From: Leucoraja ocellata
Taxonomy: Eukaryota
Direction: 5' to 3'
DNA length: 64,000 nt
Assembly (NCBI GenBank): GCA_036785375.1
Contig: JAWMAR010000050.1
Location: forward strand, 9,176,001-9,240,000
The notes beneath the pieces were generated by a model. The model did no database searches, was not told where the DNA came from, and saw nothing but the letters and a program-made list of their open reading frames with translations. The position numbers and the translations under genes were made by a program. The number at the start of each line of letters is the position of its first letter. The stretch's first letter is position 1. This document shows positions 38,121 through 49,599 of this stretch, in pieces.

Positions 38121-39679
38121 GGTTGATCATACGCTGAATAATCCAACCATATTTTTGTTTGGAAGTGGAAAGAAATAATAGAAATTGCATTCATTGCAAT
38201 GAGTAAAAAGAGTTGAGATACTATATTATCATTTTGCTGCATGTCATTGTGGTATATATCATGTCTTGATTGGTGAATATGTTTAGTTTGTGACTTTATT
38301 TGAAGCAGAAATAATATGTGAATGCTTCATTGAGCATAATTCCGACTGGTAACTACGCACTTCGTCCAAGCACATTATTGCACGCGTCATGCAAGCTGTC
38401 TTAATTGACCACCTAAACTGGCATTTGGCAACCTAAAAAGCTGCCTAGGTTGCCCGGCTGGAAACAGAGAAAAAAAAAGTGAGAGCCCTGAGTTGGAATG
38501 CGCGGAAGGTTATGAATCAAATGGGGATTAGTGTAGACATGTATTTTCTGGTCAGCATGCACATAGTCAACCAAAAGACTTATTACAATGCCACATGACT
38601 GTTTGAGAAATCAATATACAGCTTTGTAAGTCCATGGAGAAACCCGTTATCAAAAACGTACAGCAGCAGAATAGACAGATGCAGTTAGCTGGAAAACTAA
38701 ATACCATCTCACCCTTGTACCAAATCAGATGAGGAAGAAACTTGCAGTCTTCCAAAAGATTACCACAGTTTGTATCCTCTTATTTGGCTTAATGACCCTT
38801 TCATAGTAATTTCAAATCACAGCACAGCAATGCAGTGTGTCCAGCAAGTATTCGTGTGCTTTCAAATGCACACACGTTTCATCAGAACTCTTGGCATAAT
38901 TGCCATGTCAACAAATTTGTCATGTTGCTCAATAAAAGTAGCGAGCAGTTAGCATGCTGCCAGTCCAAAGTTCCCAAAAGCCACATGCTCACAAAATGTG
39001 GTGGCAGGACTAAGACTAAAAGGGATTGGAGATGAAGGCAGATAGAGTTGCTTCATACAAGACTTGTATGAGCTTCTTCAAACAAAGGAGTCAAATATTC
39101 TGTATCCAGACGGAATTGGGTGAAGCCAAGGACAAAGGCCTGCACCAATCAATGTGGTTTTAAACATAGTTACTCACTCTCACTTACCTGACAATAATGT
39201 CAGACCCGATTGTTTGACCTTAAGACATAGGAGCAGAATTAGGCCATTCAGCCCAACAAACCTACACCGCAATTCACTCATGACAGATACATTTTTAAAT
39301 CTCAAAAGCATTCTCCTGCCTTCTCCCCTAAACCTTTGACATCTTTCATTTTGACCCCTTTTTATTCTGAGACTACGCCCCCTGGTTCTAGACTTTCATT
39401 ATCCAGTAGGTTTCAATGAGATCCAAATACAGGCACAGAGCCTTCAAATGCTCCTCATACATTAACTCAGTCATCCATCTTCTTGGAAACTAAACCTTTG
39501 GAACCTCTGCAAAACAAGCACATCCTCAAATGTGGGGCCCAAAAGTACTCACAATATTCCAAATGTGGCCTCGCCAGCATCTGATAAAGCATTAGCATTA
39601 CATACAGTCTTAATTTTAAATTCAAGTGTCTTCAAAATGAATGCTAGCATTGTATTTGCATGTGAAAGCACATCTCAGA

Positions 39680-40945
39680 CCCGCAGACCCTCAGCATAGA
39701 AGCACCGCAAGGCTGCGTACTCTCCCCTCCCCTTTACTCTCTCTACACCAACGACTGCACCTCCACAGACTCCTCTATCAAGCTTTTTTAGATTAGATTA
39801 GATTAGATTAGATTCCTTTATTGTCATTCAGACCTTTCGGTCTGAACGAAATTTTGTTTCCCTGCAGTCATACATATAATTTTTAAAATGACAAAAACAC
39901 ACAATCAACACAAATTTAACATCCACCACAGTGAGTTCACCAAACACCTCCTCACTGTGGTGGAAGGCAAAATCTTAAAGTCTCCGTCTCTTCCCTCTTT
40001 GTTCTCCCTCTGCACCGAGGCGACGGCTCAAACTCCGCGGGTGGTCGCTGCCTCCGCTACAGCTCCAGGGCCGAGTCGGGTCTCCGCTGCCACTGCTGCC
40101 GCCGCTACAGCTTCGGGGCTGAGTCGGGTCTCCGCCGCCTCTGCCACAGCTCCAGGGCCGAGTCGGGTCTCCGCTACCGCTGCTGCTGCCGCTGCCGCTG
40201 CCACAGCTCCAGGACCGAGTCGGGTCTCCGCCGCTGCTGCCGCTGCTACAGCTCCGATGCCGCCAGCTCCGCCATTAGGCCTCGGCGCAGACGGAGACGG
40301 GGATGGGGAATACGACCGAAGAAAAGTCGCATCCCCTGAAGGAAGTGACCAAAGCATGTTTCTCCCACCCCACCCACACACATATACAACTTAATAAAAC
40401 AAAATTAACTAAAACATGACAAGGAACAAAACTAAAGAAAAAAAAACCAGACGGACTGCAGGTGGGCCGCAGCTGTTAAGCCAGCGCCGCCATCTTGAAG
40501 TTTTTCAAGTTCGCAGACGACACAACCCAGATTGAACTGATCCAGGATAGGGAGGAATCCGCCTACAGACAGGAAGTGACACAGCTGGCTTCCTGATGCC
40601 TTCGTAACAACCTGGAGCTCGATGCTCTTAAGACAGTGGAATTGATAGTAGACGTTAGGAGAGCCCCCCCTCCCTTCCCACCACTCACCATCAACAACAG
40701 TCACATATGTGGAGTCCTTTAAGTTCTTTGAAACCATCATCTCCAAGGACCTTAAATGGGGAGCCACCATCGATTCCACAGTCAAAAAGACCCAACAGAT
40801 GATGTACTTCCTGCACAGCTGAGGAAACACATTCTGTCACAGGCAATGGTGGTCCAACTCTATACTGCCATAGTAGAGTCTGTCCTCACCTTCTCCATCA
40901 TGGTCTGGTTTGCCTCAGCCACCAAGCACGACATCCGGAGGCTGT
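39680..40945 (+). mobile_element. Rex1/Babar RT fragment interrupted by an insertion
   Basis: CAAGGCTGCGTACTCTCCCC (QGCVLSP) before, and AAGTTCGCAGACGAC (KFADD) after, the insertion. Confidence 0.8.
39789..40497 (-). mobile_element. Non-autonomous retroposon with (TCTAA)n tail and internal GC-rich tandem array
   Basis: Minus strand begins CAAGATGGCGGCG, ends GACAATAAAGG+(TCTAA)n; AAG(C/T)TTTT target repeat on both sides. Confidence 0.7.
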
Positions 40946-42384
40946 GATTTAGGACTGAGGTGAGGAAATTCTTAGCCACTCAAATGGTCAGAGATCTTTG
41001 AAATTCTATGATGTGAGGACTTTGGATGCTCAGTTGATGAGTATATTCAAAATAGAGATTAATAGGTTCAATGACATAAAGGGGATTGTAGGATACATTT
41101 GAGATATATAATATGTAGATTTTTATTTCAGTCATTTGTCAAGCACCTCGAGACATATTTGCTCCATTAATAGTGTAATATAAATGAAAGTTGTTATTGT
41201 GGAAGACTGCTTCTTAAATTGTCAGCAGATTCATTTTATTTTAAATTATCCACTTTTCCAGTTGGAATTAATATTTTCCCTAGTTTGAATTGTTTACTAT
41301 ACACTCATACAAAGCATAAACTTTGTTTCTGATTTACTATCTGCATTATAATTATTGATAAATACGTTTCTGTAAACCATGAAGGGCTCAGGATGGTAAA
41401 GTGCGTTAAATATTTGGGATTCTGAATTCTCACCCACATATAATCTATTCAGCAATTTAACGCATTGTGCAAAAGTATTCTGCTCTCTAACTTTCTCAAT
41501 AGCATACAAATGAGCAAATGTCAGTAAATTTAGATTTGAAGCAGTCTCTATCAGAATGAAATGAGGTCACAGACCCTACCAATATACTACCTTAATACAG
41601 CCAAGATTTTTTTTTTTTCAAAGCTTGTAAATAATTGCAAAAAAAATATTACTAAAGCTGCAACAACTCAACATAATTAAGTCATAGTTCAATAAGCAAT
41701 TCCCATTCGCAACACCAGGTATGTGTAAAATATTGTTTTGCCCTCACTAACTGGGAAGAATTTGGTATATTCAACCACAACTTGTGTTTATATTACCTCT
41801 AATTCAATAAAATGTTCCAGGACATTTGCCTGGAATGTAAACAAACTCTAAAACCAAACCACATAAGGCAATATCAAAAAGGTGACCAAGAGCTTGTTCA
41901 AAGAGGCAGATTTTAAGGAACATCTTAGAAATGGAGAGTGCGAGAAGCAGAGAATCTGTGAAATATAGGGAGGATGTTCTGGGTTTTGGGGACGGACAGC
42001 TGAAGCAATGACTGCCAATAGTGAGGCGATTAAAATCGGTTATTGTGCAAGAGACCAGAATTGCAGGGGAAAGAGATATCAAAGTTGCAAAAAGTTACAG
42101 AAGAAGTCATTTGGGAAGAAGTCATTGGTGGATTTGATAACACATTCAAGAATTTTTAAATCTGAACAGTCATATAGCCTTTGTCAGTCAACAAGCATAG
42201 AAATATTTGGTGAATGGGACTACGGACAAGTTAGGAAATAAACTGTAGTGGCCTTGGCAAGCTCAGGTTTAATTTAAGAGGCAGATCAGCAGAACATTGT
42301 CATATTGTTTTGACACCGTTGTTTAATTACATTCACAACTTTTCATTCACTGAAGTAGTCCATACCTGCATGCAGCAAGATCAA

Positions 42385-42642
42385 GATCAAATTTAGGGGT
42401 AACATGAGGGTGTTACTCAGAGAGTGGTAGCGGTGTGGAATGAGCTTCCAGTGGAAGTGGTGGAGGCAGGTTCGTTGGTATCATTTAAAAATAAATTGGA
42501 TAGGCATATGGATGAGAAGGGAATGGAGGGTTATGGTATGAGTGCAGGCAGGTGGGACTAAGGGAAAAAAGTTGTTCGGCACGGACTTGTAGAGCCGAGA
42601 TGGCCTGTTTCCGTGCTGTAATTGTTATATGGTGTTATATAT
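42385..42642 (+). mobile_element. CR1 3' fragment (same subfamily as 31498 copy)
   Basis: Reverse complement match to 31510-31770. Confidence 0.85.
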
Positions 42643-43899
42643 AAGACAACATTCAGCATGGGCTGGTAAGTGCCAAGAACTATTCACGCAAAAAGAGAAT
42701 ACTTTTTAAAAAAGTAACCACCAACCCTTGAAATTTAATGGCATTACTATCCCCAAGTCCCTCCAGCATAAACATCCTGGCTGTCACCATTGACCAGAAA
42801 CTCAAATTAACTAACCATGTATACTGTGGCCACAAGAGCTAGATATCTTCCAGTGATAGACCCACTTCAAAACATCTCAAATCTATAACACAGTACAAAT
42901 CAGCAGTATAATGAAACACATTCTATCTGCCTGGATGAGTGCAGATAAAAAATACTCAATAGTGTTTGTGAGTAAGGCATTTCAAATGGCACTTCCTAAA
43001 ACCAGTGATCTCTGGGGGTACGCGTTATATGGGAAGCCACTGCCTCCAAGTTGCATTCTATCCTGACTTGACAAAATACATTGCCATTTATTCAGCTGCC
43101 TCATGTCCAAATACCCAACTCTCTATCCAACAGCATTAATATGGTTGTGGGTTAAGAAGATAGTTGGCTAATAGGTTCACTTATAGAAGGTCGATAACTA
43201 TTGATCTTACATTACTGGTCTAAACATTTCAAAGGCTCCACAGATAAAGGCTCAGATGTAGGAAAAGCCATTCCATAAGTAACTAGAAATCGAACCAAGT
43301 GATCAAAGTTCCTGCCAGATTGATCAGAAAGTTGATGCTTTGGATGTGTGACAAACCATGCCAAAAGCTGATAGGTCAGAATAATGTTTGGAGAAAGACT
43401 GCCTCTTATCCATAATTTATAAGCAATGACTTTTAAGGTCAATGAATCAAGTTTGTAGCCAAATGGAAGGCTGAAATAGGCAGATCACTTAATACAGAGC
43501 TAAAGGTAGCTAGTGGAACAGGAGTCCGGGGTATCAACACAAACCAAAAGCCCAGACAACGTGCAATCAAATCTGAGGGAGAAAGGAGTTTGAGGTTAGT
43601 GTTCTGGTAAGGAATGTTTTCCCACCTTTCACCTTTCATTTCATTTTATTCCAAATACTTATCTTGTTATGCTAAGAAAGTATCACCCCAAAGATAAGTC
43701 CCACTTGTACTTTAATTGAATTGCTCTAAAAGCATAGCTTGGTCTTTTTGATTCTGCGTTTTTCAGTCGATCATTTAGCAACTCTTGAAGAATAAAAGGC
43801 CAAGAAAGAAAACAACTGCACGTGCCATTTTATAATTGAAAACATCAGATAATTATTTTATGCAATATTCTTCTAGCGAGGGATTAAAAGAAAACTGCA

Positions 43900-44760
43900 C
43901 TGGTGGAATTGTTACTAGACGCGCTCCACCTACGCTTCCTATTCCTACCGCTTCGCAACACAGCTGCCTTTTGGACCCTGGAATGAAATAACCATTATCA
44001 GCTATGATGAACTCTGACATTTCTTACACTAACAGCAATTAAAACCCGCGCTTCTTGACAACGCAACGGTCACATCTCAAGTGTCGAGCAGTTGTTTCCC
44101 CTCGTTCTCCCCTCGACGTGAGAATGCCAGTGATGTAAGTGACGGTGCATTTTTACCCACCTTTAACCGCGTAACCAACAACGGGTTTTGCTGCCATCAC
44201 TTAGCAACTGAGGGTCACGGACTATAATTATCACAGGCAATGGGTAAAGCGGCTGTGCAGCAGCCCACGAAAAGAAGAGAGGAGGAGGGAGAGGAGGAGA
44301 AGGAGGAGGGGGAGAAGGAGGGGAAGAAGGGAAGAAGCTAAGAAGCTAAAGGAGGGACGGGTGTCAGTACAAGCAGCAACTCACAGTTGGGATTGTGTCC
44401 CTGATGGCAATGCAGCCCGGGGTTCGTTCTGCTGCTGCTGCTGCTGCTGCCTGCTAGGTTAACGTTGTTCCAAGTCGAGCGAGTCAGAAAGCTGGAGGTG
44501 GTGTTGCCCATGTTTGTCTACTGTCTTGTCTATCGCGGCGAAGATGCTGCTTACACACACAGGCTGCTCCTTTTCTCTCGCAGCAGTTTAGACTTTTGCC
44601 GCCACTTGCGACCAATCGCTGTCCATGACAAGGGCGCGGATTACCGCGAGAGAAGCCACCTCTTGGCACGGGTCCTCTCTGCCCACTTGTCTGTCAGGCA
44701 CTGCTCAAAGTCGGAGCTCCGGCACCGCACGCGCATCAACCGAAACTGCAGCAATTGTGT
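43900..44760 (-). promoter_or_regulatory. CpG-rich promoter / first-exon region
   Basis: Non-repeat sequence with visibly elevated CpG density surrounding the ATG exon. Confidence 0.6.
44385..44511 (-). CDS. First coding exon of an unidentified host gene; MGNTTSSFLTRSTWNNVNLAGSSSSSSRTNPGLHCHQGHNPN, probable N-myristoylation signal
   Basis: Strong Kozak AACATGG, in-frame TAG 9 nt upstream, 42 codons + 1 nt, then donor GTGAGT at 44384-44379; G2/S6 pattern. Confidence 0.7.
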
Positions 44761-46920
44761 CCAGCTTTCCCCAGCTATGAAGGGAAGCAGGGAATTTGGA
44801 AATGTTGAGAAAAATGGTCCTGAGCTAACACATCAGCAGTTGTGAGAGAATAGCTTTGCAGGTAACAGGCGCTGATGGTCCACTCTAGCTTTTATTTTGT
44901 TATGTTCTTAAGCGCGTGTGTGTGAGCATATGTTTGTGTGTGTAGACACCTATTGAATAGCATGAATCTAATTAAAGAGCCCATCCAAAAATAAACAAGT
45001 TTAAAATTTAAATTATTCTGTACATCAAAGTTATGCCAGAATTGAAACTTCACAGCATTGAAACTTCACAGCGGGCTGTAAAGGCACGGGTCAGAAAATC
45101 CTGATCACACTTTGGAGGCGATCTTTCGTCCCCTCCTGGGTTGCTGAGAAATACATTGAGAATGCATTTACCTCATTCCAGACTATAACGATTTGCTTTC
45201 TGTCTAAATCAATTAGAATTGCAATAGATTTAAATAATTGCCGTATACAAACTGCAAATTATATATATTTGTACATTTTCTATATATCTATTTATTTGTA
45301 TGGGAGTGTTATTAAAACAAGTTCATGTTGATATTGAATTTCTATAAGAACCATGCCAGCGGATTCTATTTAAAATGCAGTATAACTAAAACAAGCACAA
45401 ACTTGTTCAAGGTCTTAAGGAGTTTGAATTTGAAACTAAACAACGCGAATGTGAATAACTGATTCAAATTCTTTGAACAAAACAGAAGCCATACTTGCAG
45501 CGACAATGGGCCGTTTTCAATTGCAAGCAGGTGATTTGTGGGTCGACAAACGCGGGCTTGGAAATGAATGCAAAACATCACAAAAGCTTAAAAGCGAAAG
45601 TTACAGACGTTACAAAAGCATGTAAACAAATGACGAAATGTAAGTACCATTCAGCCATTCACTGTCATTCTTCAGAAAGAAAAGCCACTCAGTCTCTCCC
45701 CAGCGTGCTTATTCTTCTAATACATCGCGGTTTCAGATCATTTATATTTCGAATCCACAGTGCCCACTTTTTCTGCCCATCCATTGAGACAATTACAATA
45801 CACTAAAATTCTACCAAGCTCAGTGTTAAAAGTTCCAACTAAACTTTCTCTGCAGCTTTTGGGGGAAGCTCTTTTTAATCATTTAAATGATATGAACATT
45901 GCCGACAAGTCCCACTTATTTGTGCACAGGGTGAGTAGCTGGGGCACCTTCCCTGATGACCAATAATAATGACAAATGTGTGCTTTACCTAAAGCCATGA
46001 TGGAAAGACCATGTCTGGAATATAGTGCACAGGCCTGGACACCAAGGGTTCACCAGATTGATTGCTAGCAGAGGGGTTTGCCCAATGATGGGAGAGTTAG
46101 TAGACTGGGCATGATCTCTTGAGTTTAGAAGAATCTGGAATTATTTCACTGTAATATACAAAATTCTTACAGGCCTTGACGTGGCTGATACTTCCTTTGG
46201 CTGGCATTTCCAAAACCTGAGATCACCAATTCACACAAAGAAGGTCAGGCATTCAAGACTGAGATGAGAAGACATTTCTTCACCCAAAAGAATCTGCAGA
46301 ATTCCCTAATCAAGCGGCCTATGAAGGGTTGGTTATTTTGTATATTTAAAACAGTGGGGCAGTTTTTTTTTCCAAATATGAAGGGAAGCAGGGCATTTAG
46401 TGATTATGAGGAAAATGGCCCTGAGGTAACAAATAAACTCTGCTGATATAGAATAGCTTTGCAGGTGACAGGGGCTTATGGTCCACATCTGTTTTTATTT
46501 GTTATTTTCTTATATATATATCTATCTATCTATCTATCTATCTATCTTATCCTATCTATATTACTAAAAGTCTGATCTTGACCACTTCCTGTTTTTCTGT
46601 TTCATGATTTTAGAAAAAACACTGCCACTTAATGCAGTGATTTTTGGCCATCTTACTCGGAGTCCCCCTCCGCTGTGCAGGAGAAGAGGATTTTTCCCAT
46701 TGTTTAAAAATAAAAGAGTTATTAGTGTTTTAAAAATGTTGAGGTTCTCTCTGCTGTCCCCTGCTGGTGGGAGGGACTATAAAACCCGGAAGTGTTGTGC
46801 CTCAGTCAGTCACTGTAAGATAGAGGAAGCGAGAGAGTCACGTCTCTCTGAGCTGTGAATAACATTGAACACATGTCAACTCAACTGTGAGTGCCCTTAA
46901 TGTGGTTTGGAAATGAAAAT

Positions 46921-47263
46921 GTGGTTGCTTTGAAATGCTGCACTGCAAATGGTTGTTGGTGGTGGTTGCTTCGAAATGCTGCACTGCAAATGGTTGTTGG
47001 TGGTGGTTGCTTCGGAACGCTGCACTGCAAATGGTTGTTGGTGGTGGTTGCTTTGAAACGCTGCATTGCAAATGGTTGTTGGTGGTGGTTGCTTTGAAAT
47101 ACTACACTGCAAATGGTTGTTGGTGGTGGTTGCTTTGAAACGCTGCACTGCAAATGGATGTTGGTGGCGGTTGCTTTGAAACACTGCACTGTAAATGGTT
47201 GTTGGTGGTGGTTGCTTTGAAATGCTGCACTGCAAATGGTTGTTGGTGGTGGTTGCTTTGAAA
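46921..47263. repeat. 41-bp minisatellite, ~8 copies
   Basis: Unit GTGGTTGCTTTGAAATGCTGCACTGCAAATGGTTGTTGGTG. Confidence 0.95.
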
Positions 47264-47640
47264 CGGCAAATGATTAAAAGTCTAAACTTGATAACTTCCT
47301 GTTTGCACTGTATATTGATTTTAGATAAAACGATACCACTTACGGCTGTGATTTTTTGGCCATCTTACTCGGTGCCCCTCCGCTCATCAGGTGCAGAAGA
47401 TTCTTCCCATCAATGAAAAATAAAAGTGCTATTAGTGTTTAAAAAAAAAAGTTGAGAATCTCTCTCCTGTCAATCACGCCATGAAGCCCATGCCCCTTCC
47501 AGTGGGAGGGAGGAGGGATTATAAAACATGGAAGTGTGGGTGTGGCTCAGCCTCTGCAAGATGGGGAGGGAGAGGTCACGACTGTCTGAGCTGTGAATCA
47601 ACTGAACACACTGAATGCCTAGTGAAATGTGAGTATAGCA

Positions 47641-47862
47641 TTTGGTGGCCTTGCACCCTGCTTGAAGTGCCATGAAACTGCACTTGAATTTGGTAGCTTT
47701 GCACCCTGCTTGAAGTGGCATGAAACTGCACTTGAATTTGGTGACCTTGTACCCTGCTTGAAGTGGCACGAAACTGCACCTGAATTTGGTGTCCTTGCAC
47801 CCTGCTTGAAATGGTAGGAAACTGCATTTGAATTTCGTGAACTTGCACCCTGCTTGAAATGG
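47641..47862. repeat. 48-bp minisatellite, ~4.5 copies
   Basis: Unit TTTGGTGGCCTTGCACCCTGCTTGAAGTGGCATGAAACTGCACTTGAA. Confidence 0.9.
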
Positions 47863-49307
47863 AATTTCAAGGAATAGCTATGGGTCAACTGCTAGCCCAC
47901 CAGCTGTGAGTGAGCTGCCAGCACATCAGGCTTGAGTGACTGAACTGCCACCCTAAGAATCCATTTGGCCCACAATGTCCATACTAGCCCTCTGGAAACC
48001 AGTCCCTTCAGCCCACAATACCCATACTAGCGCTTCAGAAAGCCACCCACCCCCCGCCCGCTCGCAGTCGACACACTCAGACGGCCTTCCGTCCAGCCCC
48101 GCCCCTCCCGCAGCACAGCCGCCGGGTCCCAGTTGGTCTAGTGATACATAAAATTTAAATATCTCCGTGTAACAGATTTATGCCACCTTTTATTGTCCTC
48201 TAATTGTTCCCTGAACTAACTGGTTTGCTGGACAATTTCCTCAATTAATTCAACATAAGGACCTTGAATTAGTAAAAAAAAATTGTTCACAAACTAGAAG
48301 TGAGTGAAGGAAATGCCATCCAAAACTGGAGTTCCAGGGGCAGCTAAAGGGATTCAAATTATACCAGGAAAACAAATATCCATGGTTCAGTAAAGAAGTA
48401 AAATAGATATAAATATTTAGATGAGAACTAGGAAAGGAAATAAACACAGCAAAGAGGGAGAGAGAGAGGGATTAGTAGCCAACAAAAAGTAGTTAACTTT
48501 AAGATGATAGTAAAGTCAGGTGGATATTCAGACTAAAAGTGGAGAATATATGAGAGCAAAGGACTCCCACGTTAGTATATTATAGCTAAAACAGATACTG
48601 CTAGAAACACTCAGTATTTCAGGGTGCATCTAGGGAGAAATAAACAGAGTCAATATTGTCCTTCATCAGAGTATTTAAAAGTTAAATAAGTATGATTTTA
48701 ATGCTACAGGAAATTAAAATGATTCAAAATATTGGACTGTATAAAAATAGACAAAGAACAGGTGCCAATGATGTTGGCAGTATCAAAGTAGAAAAGTTAA
48801 CCAGCGCAGATTAAATTAACTCTGGGTTGCTGAAAACTTTGATGGTAGTCTTACTATCCTCAGTTGAAAATGCAAAATGTAATTGCTACATCTCTGTTTA
48901 AAAAGAAAAGCTGGGATTGACAAACCCCTCTATAAAACGCCAGTTAGTTCAAAGTCGGTGATGAGTGAGGCTTCAAAACAGTCATCTGTGATAAAAACTT
49001 GTTGCTCATGGAAATATATGCTAATAAATGAAATCCAGCAAAAACATGTTAATAGCAAGCTACTTTAGACTAATTTCATTGGAATTAAGAGTTATTGAGT
49101 ATATGGACAACTGGTACATTTATCCTCAGGATAAACATGCAAATATTTTTGGAAGTAGCAAACTAAAAAGACATAAAATGGCATATGGAATCCTGGTGTT
49201 GTAAAGGGATTTAATAGACAATTTGATATTTATTTTTGAAACATTTGCACTGTTGGAATATTCTTGCCTATGAGGAGTGTTGTAGATAATTCCAGACAAC
49301 GTATTGG

Positions 49308-49520
49308 AGACACAAGGAACTGCAGGTGCTGGTTTACAAATAAAGTGATTGAGTAGCAAAGTGGGTCAGGCAACATATTTGGAGAACATGAATGGGTGAA
49401 GTTTCAGCTTGGGACCCTTCTTCAGATGGTCTTAAGAAAGGTCCCAACCCAAAACCTTACCTATACATGTTCTCCCGAGATGCTGCCTGACCCATTGAGT
49501 TACTCCAGCACTTTGTATCG
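49308..49520. mobile_element. Older Penelope-derived inverted pair
   Basis: Minus arm ...GGGACCCTTCTTCAGA joined to plus arm TCTTAAGAAAGGTCCCAACCC...GAGTTACTCCAGCAC. Confidence 0.7.
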
Positions 49521-49599
49521 TAGTTTAGGTCGATGTCTAGTTTGTGGAGGATTCATTGAGGAATTACTAGAACAGCGACAGTGGTGCCAGATTTCAGTT

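Larger units (their letters stand above)
35603..38490. mobile_element. hAT-like non-autonomous element with nested insertions, spanning the gap
   Basis: CAGGGCT...AGCCCTG termini, subterminal GGTTGCC/GGCAACC motifs at both ends, AGTTG repeated at 35598-35602 and 38491-38495, flanks rejoin as an old CR1 3' end. Confidence 0.65.
46555..48141 (+). mobile_element. Non-autonomous composite Helitron
   Basis: A|TCTATATTACTAAAAG 5' end, GGGTCCCA...CTAG|T 3' end, no TSD or TIR; shares modules with the 24702 and 15969 copies. Confidence 0.75.

Noticed and set aside
39888-40394. 168-aa Ala-rich ORF
   Set aside because: Product of the GC-rich tandem array inside a retroposon; open on both strands
44465-44845. 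126-aa plus-strand ORF in the CpG-rich region
   Set aside because: Non-ATG start, no recognisable domain; the minus-strand exon has much better signals
45041-45072. Exact 16-bp tandem duplication (similar 17-bp at 15133-15166, 12-bp at ~5834)
   Set aside because: Ordinary slippage or repair duplications with no further structure
46921-47862. Regular 41- and 48-bp arrays as CRISPR-like
   Set aside because: Head-to-tail tandem units with no unique spacers, no cas genes, eukaryotic context
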